A stretch of DNA of 64,000 nucleotides from an uncultured Bdellovibrionales bacterium (lineage in GTDB: Bacteria; Bdellovibrionota; Bdellovibrionia; Bdellovibrionales; JAMPXM01). The stretch spans positions 484-64,483 of the forward strand of contig CALBDW010000018.1 of NCBI GenBank assembly GCA_937927435.1, written 5' to 3'. Positions 1 through 9,430 of this stretch are shown here, piece after piece; position 1 is the first letter of the stretch; each line of letters starts with the position of its first letter. Below the pieces are notes generated by a model. It saw only the letters and a list, made by a program, of their open reading frames with translations. It was not told where the DNA came from and did not search any database. Position numbers and translations under genes: made by a program.

Positions 1-306
1 GTTCAGATCTTCGAGAACGGACAGGCGCACGATATCGACCTCACCCCGATCGAGTTCAAGCTCCTGCTTTTCCTCTGCAAAGAGGTCAACAAGGTTTATT
101 CGCGGGATGAAATTCTCAATTCGGTCTGGGGCGAAAGCATTCACGTTTACAGCCGGAGCGTCGACACGCACATCAGCAAGCTCCGCAAGAAACTCGGATC
201 GAAGGCGAGTTACATCGAATCGGTGCACGGCAGCGGCTATCGTTTCGTCGTCGACGAATCGTCGAAAGCCCCGCGCGTGGAACTGGCGCCCCACCCGTTA
301 CGTTAA
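1..306 (+). CDS. OmpR/PhoB-family response regulator, C-terminal winged-helix DNA-binding domain (5' end cut by window edge)
   Basis: Frame 1 is open from base 1 to TAA at 304-306. Translation ...DLTPIEFKLLLFLCKEVNKVYSRDEILNSVWGESIHVYSRSVDTHISKLRKKLGSKASYIESVHGSGYRF shows the classic OmpR output-domain blocks (LTxxEFxLL, RxVDxHIxxLRxKL, GxGYRF). It is absent from the ORF track because it has no start codon. Confidence 0.85.
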   Translation, partial: VQIFENGQAHDIDLTPIEFKLLLFLCKEVNKVYSRDEILNSVWGESIHVYSRSVDTHISKLRKKLGSKASYIESVHGSGYRFVVDESSKAPRVELAPHPLR

Positions 307-319
307 CCAGCCCTCTCCT

Positions 320-475
320 CTAACGTTCGGAAGGCGCCGACGTGGCGCTTTCCGTTTCCGTCGGCTCCGGACGTACCCCTGGGGCTTTGAGGGCCGGAGT
401 CATGAAATAAACGAACACGAACAGAACCAAAGTTAATACCATAAACGCGAGAATTGCCTTAAAGAACCACTTCAT
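320..475 (-). CDS. small hypothetical membrane protein (51 aa)
   Basis: ORF below the track cutoff: MKWFFKAILAFMVLTLVLFVFVYFMTPALKAPGVRPEPTETESATSAPSER. ATG at 475-473 is preceded by a GGAGGGGAAG Shine-Dalgarno. It has one clear TM helix and ends at TAG 322-320. No family recognised. Confidence 0.35.
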   Translation of the reverse strand: MKWFFKAILAFMVLTLVLFVFVYFMTPALKAPGVRPEPTETESATSAPSER

Positions 476-578
476 CTTCCCCTCCGGCTTCCCTTGATTT
501 TATGGGATTTCGTGCGCGCCCGCGGTGTGTAGAACGCTGAAACACCCCTTGGATTAGAAAAGGCCGTGCTTTCGGCGG

Positions 579-1286
579 TCATTCCCGCCGCGAGCCCTTA
601 AATTCGATTTCAGCAATGAGAGGAAGATGGTCTGAAGCCACCCGGGCCAATGGGTCAATGACGACTTTGCAGTCTATGCGATCCACATCCCCCGAAACGA
701 AAACGCGGTCGAGCGCGAAACGCGGCCATTGAGAAGGAAAAGTCGCCATTCGTTTTGAAAAAGCGGAGAACGAACGCTCCAGGCGTAAGTTGTTACCCGT
801 CCACGGCAGCCATTCATTAAAATCGCCTGCAACGACGACGCGTTCGCTTTCGTCCCAGATGAGCCGCGAAAGCAGCCGGTCGACCTGAAAAGCTCGTTCC
901 CAATACTTAAGACCCAGATGCGTATTTACGACGCGGACGGGGCCACATTCATGCCGGAGTACAATCGCCAAGGCGCCGCGCGGTTCGAACCTGCGGAAAC
1001 TCAAATCGTGCTCTTCGCATTGAAGAATTTCGTGGCGCGTGAGGATCGCGTTACCGTACGCCCCGTAGTCACTGCGCAAGGTCGGTCCCATGACGGCTTC
1101 CATTCCCAGCTTGGAAGCCAAATACTCCAGCTGATTCGTCTTGGCGTCGACTAAAAGTGACGAGTCCACCTCCTGAAGCGCGATAACGTCGGCCTTAAGC
1201 GACTTCAAAACGCTCGCGATCCTTTCGGGCCTATATCCTCCGTCCAGCCCGATGCAACGGTGAATATTCCAGGTGATGACTTTCAC
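579..1286 (-). CDS. endonuclease/exonuclease/phosphatase (EEP, DNase I-like fold) family protein
   Basis: 235 aa with a GTG start. The blocks WNIHRCIG, DVIALQEVD, NTHL, AGDFNEW and SDHLPL match the conserved catalytic motifs of the EEP family. Confidence 0.85.
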   Translation of the reverse strand: MKVITWNIHRCIGLDGGYRPERIASVLKSLKADVIALQEVDSSLLVDAKTNQLEYLASKLGMEAVMGPTLRSDYGAYGNAILTRHEILQCEEHDLSFRRFEPRGALAIVLRHECGPVRVVNTHLGLKYWERAFQVDRLLSRLIWDESERVVVAGDFNEWLPWTGNNLRLERSFSAFSKRMATFPSQWPRFALDRVFVSGDVDRIDCKVVIDPLARVASDHLPLIAEIEFKGSRRE

Positions 1287-1449
1287 ACGGCGATATTATG
1301 ACTTTTCTAAAAATTCGAGACCGTCGTTCCCACCGGTTCGGCCTCGCCTAAGCGCGGGAAGAAAACTCCGCAAAAACTAATAGGACTCGCCCACCCGAAA
1401 AGACGCATGATGGGAAGGTGTGGCGGCGTCTATGCCCCAAGGAGGCCGA

Positions 1450-1698
1450 ATGGATTGGATCGTCATTTTGGTCCTGGGCGTGATCGTCGGACTTCTGGCT
1501 TCTTTCATCACAGCTGAAGCCGGAATGCCTCAGATCCTCACGTTGGCTTTGGGAGTCGCGGGCGTCTTTATCGGCGCTTTTCTCAGCAAGTTAACGGGAT
1601 TCAACGCCATCGGACCAGCGACCATTTACATCATGGGGACCGTTATCGCCATCTGCATTTTAGCCGGCGGGACCCTCGCATACACGCTGACGAAATAA
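1450..1698 (+). CDS. GlsB/YeaQ/YmgE-family (transglycosylase-associated) small stress membrane protein
   Basis: Start moved to ATG 1450, which has AAGGAGG 5 nt upstream. The 82-aa product MDWIVILVLGVIVGLLASFI...GVFIGAFL has 3 TM segments and the Gly-rich helices typical of this family. Confidence 0.75.
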   Translation: MDWIVILVLGVIVGLLASFITAEAGMPQILTLALGVAGVFIGAFLSKLTGFNAIGPATIYIMGTVIAICILAGGTLAYTLTK

Positions 1699-1703
1699 CG
1701 GCA

Positions 1704-2207
1704 TCATGTCGGAGAGGGCTCCGGTCGCATCGCAAGATCACGGACTCTCTTCACTCGCTCGAGTTCCGCTTCGTATGCTTCTTCCTCATGATGCCGCCTG
1801 ACGGCTTTAAGCGGATTCGGAGGAACAGCTCCCGGCCACGGCCCCAGCGCCACTTCCATCAGCTCGTACGATTTCGACATCTCCAGCCAGCGCTTCTGAC
1901 TGAACACGATCGCCATAGCAATACCTGCTGCCAGCATGAGCAAAATGCCGATGCCGGAGGTCAGGACCGCGAACGTCGTCGGTTCAAGAGGCGCCAGAGC
2001 TAAAAGTCCCATGACCAATAGAATCACTCCCGAGACAAAAAGCGCCGCCGTCGCGCCGAGCGCGACCAAACCCATCAGACCGAGGCGCGCGAATTCGACG
2101 GCTCTCAAATATCCTCGAACCGCCTGCAAAGAACCGCGTCGAATCTTCGCTTCGAAAAAGCGAGTGTAGACGGCCATAAACAAGGCTCTAAGAAATCGAT
2201 TGACCAT
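1704..2207 (-). CDS. YqjE-like inner-membrane protein (DUF1469, often annotated as phage holin family)
   Basis: 167 aa with central hydrophobic helices (GLMGLVALGATAALFVSGVILLVMGLLALAPL). It starts 16 nt after the DUF883 gene with an AAGGGGG Shine-Dalgarno, the same order as E. coli yqjD-yqjE. The family name is from memory. Confidence 0.55.
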   Translation of the reverse strand: MVNRFLRALFMAVYTRFFEAKIRRGSLQAVRGYLRAVEFARLGLMGLVALGATAALFVSGVILLVMGLLALAPLEPTTFAVLTSGIGILLMLAAGIAMAIVFSQKRWLEMSKSYELMEVALGPWPGAVPPNPLKAVRRHHEEEAYEAELERVKRVRDLAMRPEPSPT

Positions 2208-2223
2208 GTGGCCCCCTTTTCAT

Positions 2224-2574
2224 TCAGTGCCGATAACCGGAGTCGGTTTTCCGTTCCGGGCGACGTTCTGTGCCGACAGCAAGACCAAGCAGGAACGCCC
2301 CCAAAGCGACTCCCCCGATAATGGGCCACGGGTTGGCGCGCATTTTCGAGTCGACGTATTGAAAGACTTCGCGACCGGAACCCATTGCATCCTCGATGGA
2401 TTCCATCGCTTTCGAACTGAACTCGCGAAGCCCTTCAACCGCATCGGCCGACATTTCCGAAACGGCCGACTTTAATTCATTAAAGCCCGCGCTCCGCGAA
2501 AGTGCTTCGTCCACCATCCGAATGGCTTCCTTGATGCTTTCGGGACGTTTCGACGAACCGGAGCCGTAATTCAT
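2224..2574 (-). CDS. DUF883 family membrane-anchored ribosome-binding protein (YqjD/ElaB/YgaM-like)
   Basis: Start moved to ATG 2574, which has AAGGAGGGG 3 nt upstream. The C-terminus RANPWPIIGGVALGAFLLGLAVG is the signature tail-anchor of DUF883. The N-terminal part is helical and charged. Confidence 0.75.
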   Translation of the reverse strand: MNYGSGSSKRPESIKEAIRMVDEALSRSAGFNELKSAVSEMSADAVEGLREFSSKAMESIEDAMGSGREVFQYVDSKMRANPWPIIGGVALGAFLLGLAVGTERRPERKTDSGYRH

Positions 2575-2854
2575 AAGCCCCTCCTTGGCGATGTCACTTC
2601 CGTCGTAAAAAGCCTGATGGATTTCCTCCTTGGACGCCAACGGCAAACGCTCTTGTTGCGATAATTTGAAATTCAGCGTGCGACCTCTTTTCGCTGCTGT
2701 CGGGGTCCGCCTCTGGCCGCGTCAGAATTTCCCGCAACGAGCCGCATGGAAATTTCGATCTTTTCTCATTATCCGCGATTTCAGATGCGGACCGCGGGCA
2801 AGTAAGCTCTCTTCAGATGACATCCGGGCGTCGTCCCGGGAGGGAGGAAGCGAA

Positions 2855-3037
2855 ATGCTTTACTGGGCTCTTATCTTTTTCGTCGTCTCCATCGTCGCCG
2901 CCTTTTTCGGCTTCAGCGGCACAGCCTCGACGTCGTCCGGAATCGCACAAATTTTGTTTTACGTCTTCCTGGTGTTCTTTATTGTCACACTGGTCGCCGC
3001 GTTTTCGAAGGGAGGGCCGCGCCGCCGGACACGCTGA
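2855..3037 (+). CDS. DUF1328 (UPF0391, YtjA-like) small membrane protein
   Basis: Start moved to ATG 2855, which has GGGAGGGAGGAAG upstream. The product [47 protein letters not shown] matches the family pattern MLxWAxxFxxxAxxAxxxGFxG. Confidence 0.75.
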   Translation: MLYWALIFFVVSIVAAFFGFSGTASTSSGIAQILFYVFLVFFIVTLVAAFSKGGPRRRTR

Positions 3038-3214
3038 TTTTAAAAATCGGCGGAAACCATGTCTCATCCATTCCACACTTTTTAAATGGACGAGAAAAGA
3101 AAAGCCCAAATCTTCATCGTAGGTTTCAAGTCACAGATTCGGGGCGTTGCGCCCGCCGCGGCCCGGTCATGAGCAGGCCCGGCACAGTTAAATCATCTGA
3201 GGAGGTCTCATTAA

Positions 3215-3817
3215 ATGGAGATCATCAGCAAAACCGGAAAGGTCTTGTTCGAAAACAAGTCTGTCGAACGCTTTCGTGATCTCGTTGAAGAGGCCGTGCA
3301 ACTTGGACTGGATCTAAGCGACGCCGATTTGAGCCATCAGGATCTTTCCTTCGCGGGACTCGCAGAAGCCCATTTGGTCGGCGCAAATTTCACCGGGGCG
3401 AACCTCGACGGCGTTATCTTGGACAAAGCCAAGCTCAACGGCGCATGTTTCCGCGGGGCTTCGCTCAAGGGGGCGCAACTCTCGGAGGCGTCACTGATCT
3501 GGTGCGATTTCACCGAAGCGCAACTCATCAGGGCGGATCTCTCACAAGCCCTTTTGCAGGGGGCGACTTTCCAGTGCGCCTCTTTGCAAAAAGCCGATCT
3601 TTCGCGCGCGAATCTCTACGGCGCACATTTAAGCGGGGCTAACCTCATGTGGGCGAATCTCTGCGGAGTCGATTTGTCGGGAGCCGATCTTTCCGCGTGC
3701 GACCTTTACGGCGCCTTTATGGACATGCAAGCCGTCTTGAGAACGAACTTTCGCTCCGTCAATTTGCAGAACACAATGCTCGCCAACACGCTTCTCCAGC
3801 TCTCGCTCCCCGTTTGA
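3215..3817 (+). CDS. pentapeptide-repeat protein
   Basis: 200 aa with GAGGAGG upstream. About 28 consecutive A(D/N)LxX pentapeptides are visible, e.g. ADLSHQDLSFAGLAEAHLVGANFTGANLDGVILDKAKLNGACFRGASLKGAQL. Confidence 0.9.
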   Translation: MEIISKTGKVLFENKSVERFRDLVEEAVQLGLDLSDADLSHQDLSFAGLAEAHLVGANFTGANLDGVILDKAKLNGACFRGASLKGAQLSEASLIWCDFTEAQLIRADLSQALLQGATFQCASLQKADLSRANLYGAHLSGANLMWANLCGVDLSGADLSACDLYGAFMDMQAVLRTNFRSVNLQNTMLANTLLQLSLPV

Positions 3818-3842
3818 CGCCCGCAGCGCCTTACGAAGGCGC

Positions 3843-4310
3843 TTACCGGATGGCGAAAACCTCGTTCGTACGGACCGTGAAGCTTTTAAAGGCGAACACT
3901 TCGCCGTTTTCGTCGATATAAAAGAAAGCGCGCCCCAATTCCATATTGTCGAATTCAATGATTTCTGAGGAATCGAGTTTCTCGGGGACAAAAACGAAAA
4001 GAGGGCCGACCAGAGTGATCTCGAGTCTCAGCAAATCCACGCCGCCGAATTCAGCGTCGACGTAAACGAACTTTTGGCCGTTGTAGGCCTTAAACTCGAG
4101 GGCCCGCACCGTCACGATGTCGCGAAAACGCACGTGTCCGTAACAAGCCTCGACAATAAAGAGAGGCTCTTCGCTTGCGCGCGAATTAGAACCACACCAC
4201 TCCGCGGTAAAGCGGGACATCTCCGGCGGAGGACTGCCGGGAATGATCGACTCGGCATGCGCTGAGGGCAAAAAACCGAGAGCGGAAATGAACGCGATGA
4301 CGAAGAGCAT
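3843..4310 (-). CDS. hypothetical secreted protein
   Basis: 155 aa with AAGGAGAGG upstream of the ATG. N-terminal signal peptide is MLFVIAFISALGFLPSAHA-ES. No family recognised. Confidence 0.6.
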   Translation of the reverse strand: MLFVIAFISALGFLPSAHAESIIPGSPPPEMSRFTAEWCGSNSRASEEPLFIVEACYGHVRFRDIVTVRALEFKAYNGQKFVYVDAEFGGVDLLRLEITLVGPLFVFVPEKLDSSEIIEFDNMELGRAFFYIDENGEVFAFKSFTVRTNEVFAIR

Positions 4311-4417
4311 GCCTCTCCTTTAAGCGATAGGGCCTAAAGTCACAGTATTTTTTAGCTTTTGGCAAACGATTTTCATTTGATTGCGGCCCGTCATAAAAGT
4401 GCCGTGGCGGCGAGGAA

Positions 4418-4450
4418 TAAAAAAACGGGACCCGTTCCCGAGTCCCGTTT
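4418..4450 (-). terminator. rho-independent terminator downstream of hppA
   Basis: On the minus strand ACGGGAC-loop-GTCCCGT is followed by TTTTTTT. It begins about 30 nt after the hppA stop at 4482. Confidence 0.7.
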
Positions 4451-4481
4451 TGCGAATTTGCGTTCAGCTCATGCCAAGCGA

Positions 4482-6995
4482 TTACTTAGCCGCGGCTTCG
4501 CGAGTGGTCGTCGCCTGAGCGAGCGCGCCGCTCGAACGGATCCGCATGCCGTAGAATGAACGGTAGACGAAGAAGAGACCGATGACGAAGAAGATCAAAC
4601 CGATGATCGTCGTCGTCATACCGCCGTCCGCACGCATGCTCGCCGCGATTTCTGCGGCCAAAAGACCGAAGAGCGTCGTGAACTTGATGATCGGGTTCAG
4701 AGCGACCGACGAAGTGTCTTTGAAGGGGTCACCGACCGTGTCACCTACGACCGTTGCGGCATGGAGTTCCGTACCTTTTTCCTTCAAGTCGACTTCGACG
4801 ACTTTCTTCGCGTTATCCCAAGCACCGCCGGCGTTCGCCATGAAGAGCGCTTGATAGAGACCGAAGACAGCAATCGAGATGAGGTACGCCGTGAAGAAGG
4901 TCGCGCTGAAGAACGCGAACGCGAGCGTCAGCGTGAAGATCACAGCGAAGATATTGAACATACCTTTTTGCGCGTAGATCGTGCAGATCTTCACGACCTC
5001 TTTCGACGATTCAACTGAAGCGGCTTCCGTCGTATCCAGCTTGATGTTCTCTTTAATGTACTGGACGGCACGGAACGCACCAGTCGTCACGGCCTGCATC
5101 GACGCGCCCGAGAACCAGAAGATCACGGCGCCGCCCATGATCACACCCAGAAGAACGTGCGGATCAAGGAGCGAGAGCTGGAGATTCAAGAGCAGGATGA
5201 TCGAGAAGATCATCGTCGTCGCGCCGATAACCGCCGTACCGATCAACACCGGCTTAGCTGTAGCTTTGAAGGTGTTACCGGCCGAGTCATTCTCTTCGAG
5301 GTATTGCTTGCCGCCTTGGAAATCCGGCTTGAAGCCGTATTCTTTTTCAATTTCCGAAGAAATGTTCGGCAAGAGTTCGATTTGCGAAAGCTCGAAGACC
5401 GACTGCGCGTTGTCAGTCACCGGGCCGTAGGAGTCGACCGCGATGGTCACGGGACCCATGCCCAAGAAACCGAACGCCAAGAGACCGAATGCGAAGACGG
5501 CATGGATCGCCGAGAAGTTCGCTTCAGCCGACATCGGGATGAGGCTAATCAGGTCGTCGTGGTTAGCGGCCCAGTAAGAAACAAGCATCAGGACCGCGAT
5601 CGCGAGACCTTTCCAGAACGCCGAGAAGTTACCGGCGACGATACCCGAAAGGACCGTCAAGCTCGCACCGCCTTCACGGCCCGAATCGACGATTTCAGAA
5701 ACGTGACGGCTGTGAGCCGACGTGAACACACGAGTCATTTCCGGGATCAAAGCAGCACCCAAGGTACCGCAGGAAATGATCGTCGAGATACGCCACCAGA
5801 GCGAGTCGTTAATTCCACCGAGCATCATGTGCGTGACGGTGAAAGTAACGATGATCGAAACGATCGAGGTGATCCAAACAAGCGACGTAAGCGGGATCTC
5901 GAAGTTGAAACGTTTTTTGTCCCCGAACATCGCTTTGGCGACACCGTTATTAATCCAGTAAGAGACGATCGAGGTGAGGATCATCAAAACCCGCATCGTG
6001 AAAAGCCACACGATGAGGGTCGCCTGCATCTTCGCGCCTTCGGGCGAAGTTTCATGCACGCCGCCAGCGCCCAAGCTGGTGCCGATGGCGAGGATGATGA
6101 ACGTGATGAGGGCGACACCCGTCACGCCGTAAGTTTCGAAACCGTCGGCCGTCGGACCAACCGAGTCACCTGCGTTGTCGCCCGTGCAGTCCGCGATAAC
6201 GCCGGGGTTACGAGCGTCGTCTTCTTTGATGTTGAAGACGATTTTCATCAAGTCGGACGCGATATCCGCGATCTTTGTAAAGATACCGCCACAGATCCGA
6301 AGAGCCGATGCGCCCAAGGATTCACCGATCGCGAAACCGATGAAGCAAGCACCCGCGCTTTCAGCAGGGACGAAAAGGAGGATCGCGATCATGAGCAGGA
6401 GCTCAACGCAGATCAAAACAACACCGATCGACATACCAGCGCGGAGCGGGATGTCCATCACGGGGAACGGCTTACCGGCCAAAGACGCGAAAGCCGTGCG
6501 GCTGTTCGCGTACGTGTTGATCCGGATACCAAACCAAGCCACGCCGAACGAACCGAGAATACCGAGCACCGACCACAAGAGGATCAGCAAAACTTTGTCG
6601 GCGCTGAACTGGTTAAGGTAGCCGAAGTAGAACACAATGCAGATGCCGATCGCGATCTCAAGCAAAACGAGGAACTTACCTTGTTGCAGGAGGTACGTTT
6701 TGCAGGTCTCGTAAATCAGGTTCGAGACGTTCAGCATCGCCTTGTGAGCCTTCAAGTTCTTAATGCGCGCAAACTCGAAAAGGCCGAAGAGAATACCGAA
6801 CACCGCGATTACAAGTCCGCCCATGAGAATGGAGCGGCCCGACATCGTCGTGCCGAACATATTGATGTCGACACCGAGGTCCGGCATCACAAGGTCGGCT
6901 TCACTCGCCATACCTACTGCTGTGAACAAAATGGGAAGGACGAAGGCCGCTAGGCGCCCCAGGCCCACCCAGGAAATCAAACGACTCATGCGCAT
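4482..6995 (-). CDS. hppA: membrane-bound proton-translocating pyrophosphatase, K+-insensitive type
   Basis: About 16 TM helices. Motifs DNAGDSVGPTADGFETYG and GDTVGDPFKDTSSVALNPIIKF are present. GNTFKATAKP carries Lys at the position that distinguishes K+-independent enzymes (established determinant, from memory). Start moved to ATG 6995 (GGAGGG 8 nt upstream); the 875-aa track ORF over-extends. Confidence 0.95.
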   Translation of the reverse strand: MRMSRLISWVGLGRLAAFVLPILFTAVGMASEADLVMPDLGVDINMFGTTMSGRSILMGGLVIAVFGILFGLFEFARIKNLKAHKAMLNVSNLIYETCKTYLLQQGKFLVLLEIAIGICIVFYFGYLNQFSADKVLLILLWSVLGILGSFGVAWFGIRINTYANSRTAFASLAGKPFPVMDIPLRAGMSIGVVLICVELLLMIAILLFVPAESAGACFIGFAIGESLGASALRICGGIFTKIADIASDLMKIVFNIKEDDARNPGVIADCTGDNAGDSVGPTADGFETYGVTGVALITFIILAIGTSLGAGGVHETSPEGAKMQATLIVWLFTMRVLMILTSIVSYWINNGVAKAMFGDKKRFNFEIPLTSLVWITSIVSIIVTFTVTHMMLGGINDSLWWRISTIISCGTLGAALIPEMTRVFTSAHSRHVSEIVDSGREGGASLTVLSGIVAGNFSAFWKGLAIAVLMLVSYWAANHDDLISLIPMSAEANFSAIHAVFAFGLLAFGFLGMGPVTIAVDSYGPVTDNAQSVFELSQIELLPNISSEIEKEYGFKPDFQGGKQYLEENDSAGNTFKATAKPVLIGTAVIGATTMIFSIILLLNLQLSLLDPHVLLGVIMGGAVIFWFSGASMQAVTTGAFRAVQYIKENIKLDTTEAASVESSKEVVKICTIYAQKGMFNIFAVIFTLTLAFAFFSATFFTAYLISIAVFGLYQALFMANAGGAWDNAKKVVEVDLKEKGTELHAATVVGDTVGDPFKDTSSVALNPIIKFTTLFGLLAAEIAASMRADGGMTTTIIGLIFFVIGLFFVYRSFYGMRIRSSGALAQATTTREAAAK

Positions 6996-7304
6996 AATTA
7001 ATTTCCCTCCGAGCTGTCTCAGCTCAGTCGATAACGGTGGTTTTTGACCGTACTTGTTCAATATGGACTCGTGACACTTAGCGCACGAAGAAACTGATGT
7101 CACGACCAAAGACGGAGTTTTTAAGTTGATTATGGCAGTTTAGTGCAGCGCAGCTTGTTTAAAAATTAAGCTGATCAAAAAAACGGCATTGAACCGTCCA
7201 AACTGGCTCACTCTCGTGGGGATGAGCGGAAAAGCTCAAAAAACAACAGTCAAGACGAGTCTTTAGGAGCACCACCATGAAAGTGAGCTAGTTTGGCCGT
7301 TGGC

Positions 7305-7736
7305 TCAATCCTCGTCCCGAAAACGACGATTGCGCTTTTTCTCGCTTTGAATCCTTTTGGCTTTTAAACGCCGCAACTTTGACCCGACTGTCGGTTTCGT
7401 CGGGATTCGCTTCTTCGGCGGCTTCGCGACAGAGGCGATCATCGCACGCAATTTCTCCATGCACTCGGCGGCGTTGCGCGCCTGATCCCGGAAGCGGTCG
7501 CTCGTGATCAGAAGGTCTCCTTCACGGGTGAGCTTCGCCCCAAATTTTTCCAGGAAACGCTCGCGCATTCCACCGGTCAGTACGCGCGACGAACGCGCGT
7601 TCCAACGAAGCACGGCTTTGCTGTTCACTTTGTTGACGTTTTGACCACCAGCTCCAGAACTGCGCACGAACGTGAAATGCAGTTCGTCTTGGGGAATTTT
7701 GATCGACGGAGTCGATCCCTGGGATTCTTCCGCCAT
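7305..7736 (-). CDS. arfB: alternative ribosome-rescue factor ArfB (peptidyl-tRNA hydrolase, YaeJ family)
   Basis: 143 aa. GGQ motif in SGAGGQNVNKVNSKAVLRW and a basic C-terminal tail KLRRLKAKRIQSEKKRNRR. It starts 8 nt after the pepA stop. Confidence 0.9.
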   Translation of the reverse strand: MAEESQGSTPSIKIPQDELHFTFVRSSGAGGQNVNKVNSKAVLRWNARSSRVLTGGMRERFLEKFGAKLTREGDLLITSDRFRDQARNAAECMEKLRAMIASVAKPPKKRIPTKPTVGSKLRRLKAKRIQSEKKRNRRFRDED

Positions 7737-7743
7737 GACGAGA

Positions 7744-9354
7744 TCAAGCCATTTCCATTCCGGACGACTCTTCGTTCAGCCTCGTCAAAGCTTCGGTTAC
7801 CGCGAGAACCGCCTGTCCGCTGCCGCCCGCTTCGGCCCATGCTCCACCCCCCGAATCCCGCCAAGCGTAAATGTCCAAATGCGCCCACGGAAAATCACGG
7901 ACGAACGATTCCAGGAACAAAGCAGCTGTGATGGCGCCGCCAAAGCCGCTTTCAGAGGAGTTGTTGAGGTCCGCGAAAGTCGATCGCAATTGCGAACGGT
8001 ACGGCTGATAAAGCGGCATGCGCCACATGAGGTCACCACGCGCATGTCCCGATTCACTCAACAATTCGGCCAAATGGTCACTATTGGAGAAAAGACCCGC
8101 AACCTCCGAACCCAAGCCGACTTTAATGGCCCCGGTCAGGGTCGATATATCGATCACGGCCTGCGGCTCATCGGCCCCTTTCTGAGTCACGGCTACGTCG
8201 AGAGCATCCGCCATAACCACGCGACCTTCCGCGTCCGTATTCCCGATTTCGACGGTGGCTCCACTCCGGGCGACGATGACATCTCCGGGACGGAACGATT
8301 TGTTGCTCACGGCGTTTTCAGCCAGACTCAGATAAATATCGAGAGGCATGCTGAACCCCGTGCGTTCCGCCCATATGGCGATCGCGAGGGCTGCGGCCGA
8401 TCCCCCCATGTCTTTTTTCATCCAGCGCATCGCACTTGAGGGCTTGATATCGAGACCACCAGAATCGAAGGTCACGCCCTTGCCGACAATAGCGACGGGC
8501 TTGGCCAACGAATGTTCCTTGGGACGGTAGCGCAAGTGCACGAGCCGTGGGCCCTCCGCCGCTCCTCCGCCAACAGCCAAAAGAAGGTTCATCCGTTCTT
8601 CAACGAGGCGCTCTCCTTCCCAGATCTCCACGGATGTCGTGGAACTCTTCGCGAAAAGCGCGCGCACGCTTTCGGCATAGGTACGCGGGTTGAGTTCGCC
8701 GCCGGGGATGTTTGTGTAGTGACGGGCGATGTTCACGGCCAGTGCGAGTTCCGCCGCCCGTTCGATCTCTTCAGTTGTCAATGAAAACTGTTTATATAGC
8801 AGCGCGGGCATTTTTTTCCGTGCTTTCGGCGCCTGCGGGCGGTTTTCCTGATAGGAATAGGACGCCATTTCCAGCCCGATCAGGATCGCCTCTTCTTCTT
8901 CACGGGTAAGGCCGTAGCAATCGAGGATCAGCTTATCAGGCTTGTAAACCGAAAGTTGCGGCACGATCGCGCCAGCCAGGTCGCGGAATTTGGCGAAATT
9001 CAGTTTTTCGAGAGAAGATTCAGGAGCCGAATGACCGGATTTCTTCTTTTCCGGCACACGCAGAATCCAAACAGGCCCTTCGGTGCCATGGAAGAACTGA
9101 CTTTCAGCGCTGCTATCCAAGCAATCTTGCAGTTGCCACTTACGGAGGTGACTTGCGACGGCCTTACGCAAGTCTTTCACGCCGGCGTCAGAAAAAGCGA
9201 AAACGAAGGCACGTCGCCCGCTGCGTCCTTCGGTCCCTCTCAATTTCCGGATCCCTCCGACCCAAGTCTTTAGCGGCAATCCGAACGCCGTCACTTCAGT
9301 TGATATCACCTTCCCGGTTTTCTTCGTAGCGCCTTTCTTGGTAGCTTTCGCCAT
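7744..9354 (-). CDS. pepA: leucyl aminopeptidase (M17 family)
   Basis: Carries VGKGVTFDSGGLDIKP and the signature NTDAEGRVVMADAL. ATG 9354 has AAGGAG 8 nt upstream. Confidence 0.9.
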   Translation of the reverse strand: MAKATKKGATKKTGKVISTEVTAFGLPLKTWVGGIRKLRGTEGRSGRRAFVFAFSDAGVKDLRKAVASHLRKWQLQDCLDSSAESQFFHGTEGPVWILRVPEKKKSGHSAPESSLEKLNFAKFRDLAGAIVPQLSVYKPDKLILDCYGLTREEEEAILIGLEMASYSYQENRPQAPKARKKMPALLYKQFSLTTEEIERAAELALAVNIARHYTNIPGGELNPRTYAESVRALFAKSSTTSVEIWEGERLVEERMNLLLAVGGGAAEGPRLVHLRYRPKEHSLAKPVAIVGKGVTFDSGGLDIKPSSAMRWMKKDMGGSAAALAIAIWAERTGFSMPLDIYLSLAENAVSNKSFRPGDVIVARSGATVEIGNTDAEGRVVMADALDVAVTQKGADEPQAVIDISTLTGAIKVGLGSEVAGLFSNSDHLAELLSESGHARGDLMWRMPLYQPYRSQLRSTFADLNNSSESGFGGAITAALFLESFVRDFPWAHLDIYAWRDSGGGAWAEAGGSGQAVLAVTEALTRLNEESSGMEMA

Positions 9355-9430
9355 GATCACAACTCCTTAAGGCCCAACGCTATCTGATCGGATTCAAAAA
9401 AGTCACCTTCCCATTTCTTGCTGTTCAGCG

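Noticed and set aside
5157-6953. 598-aa ORF on the plus strand, antisense to hppA.
   Set aside because: Its translation is Arg/Asp/Glu/His-rich low complexity (RDHRRRADNRRTDQHR...) with no domain signal. It lies entirely inside a strongly supported 16-TM pyrophosphatase gene, so it is a typical GC-rich shadow ORF.
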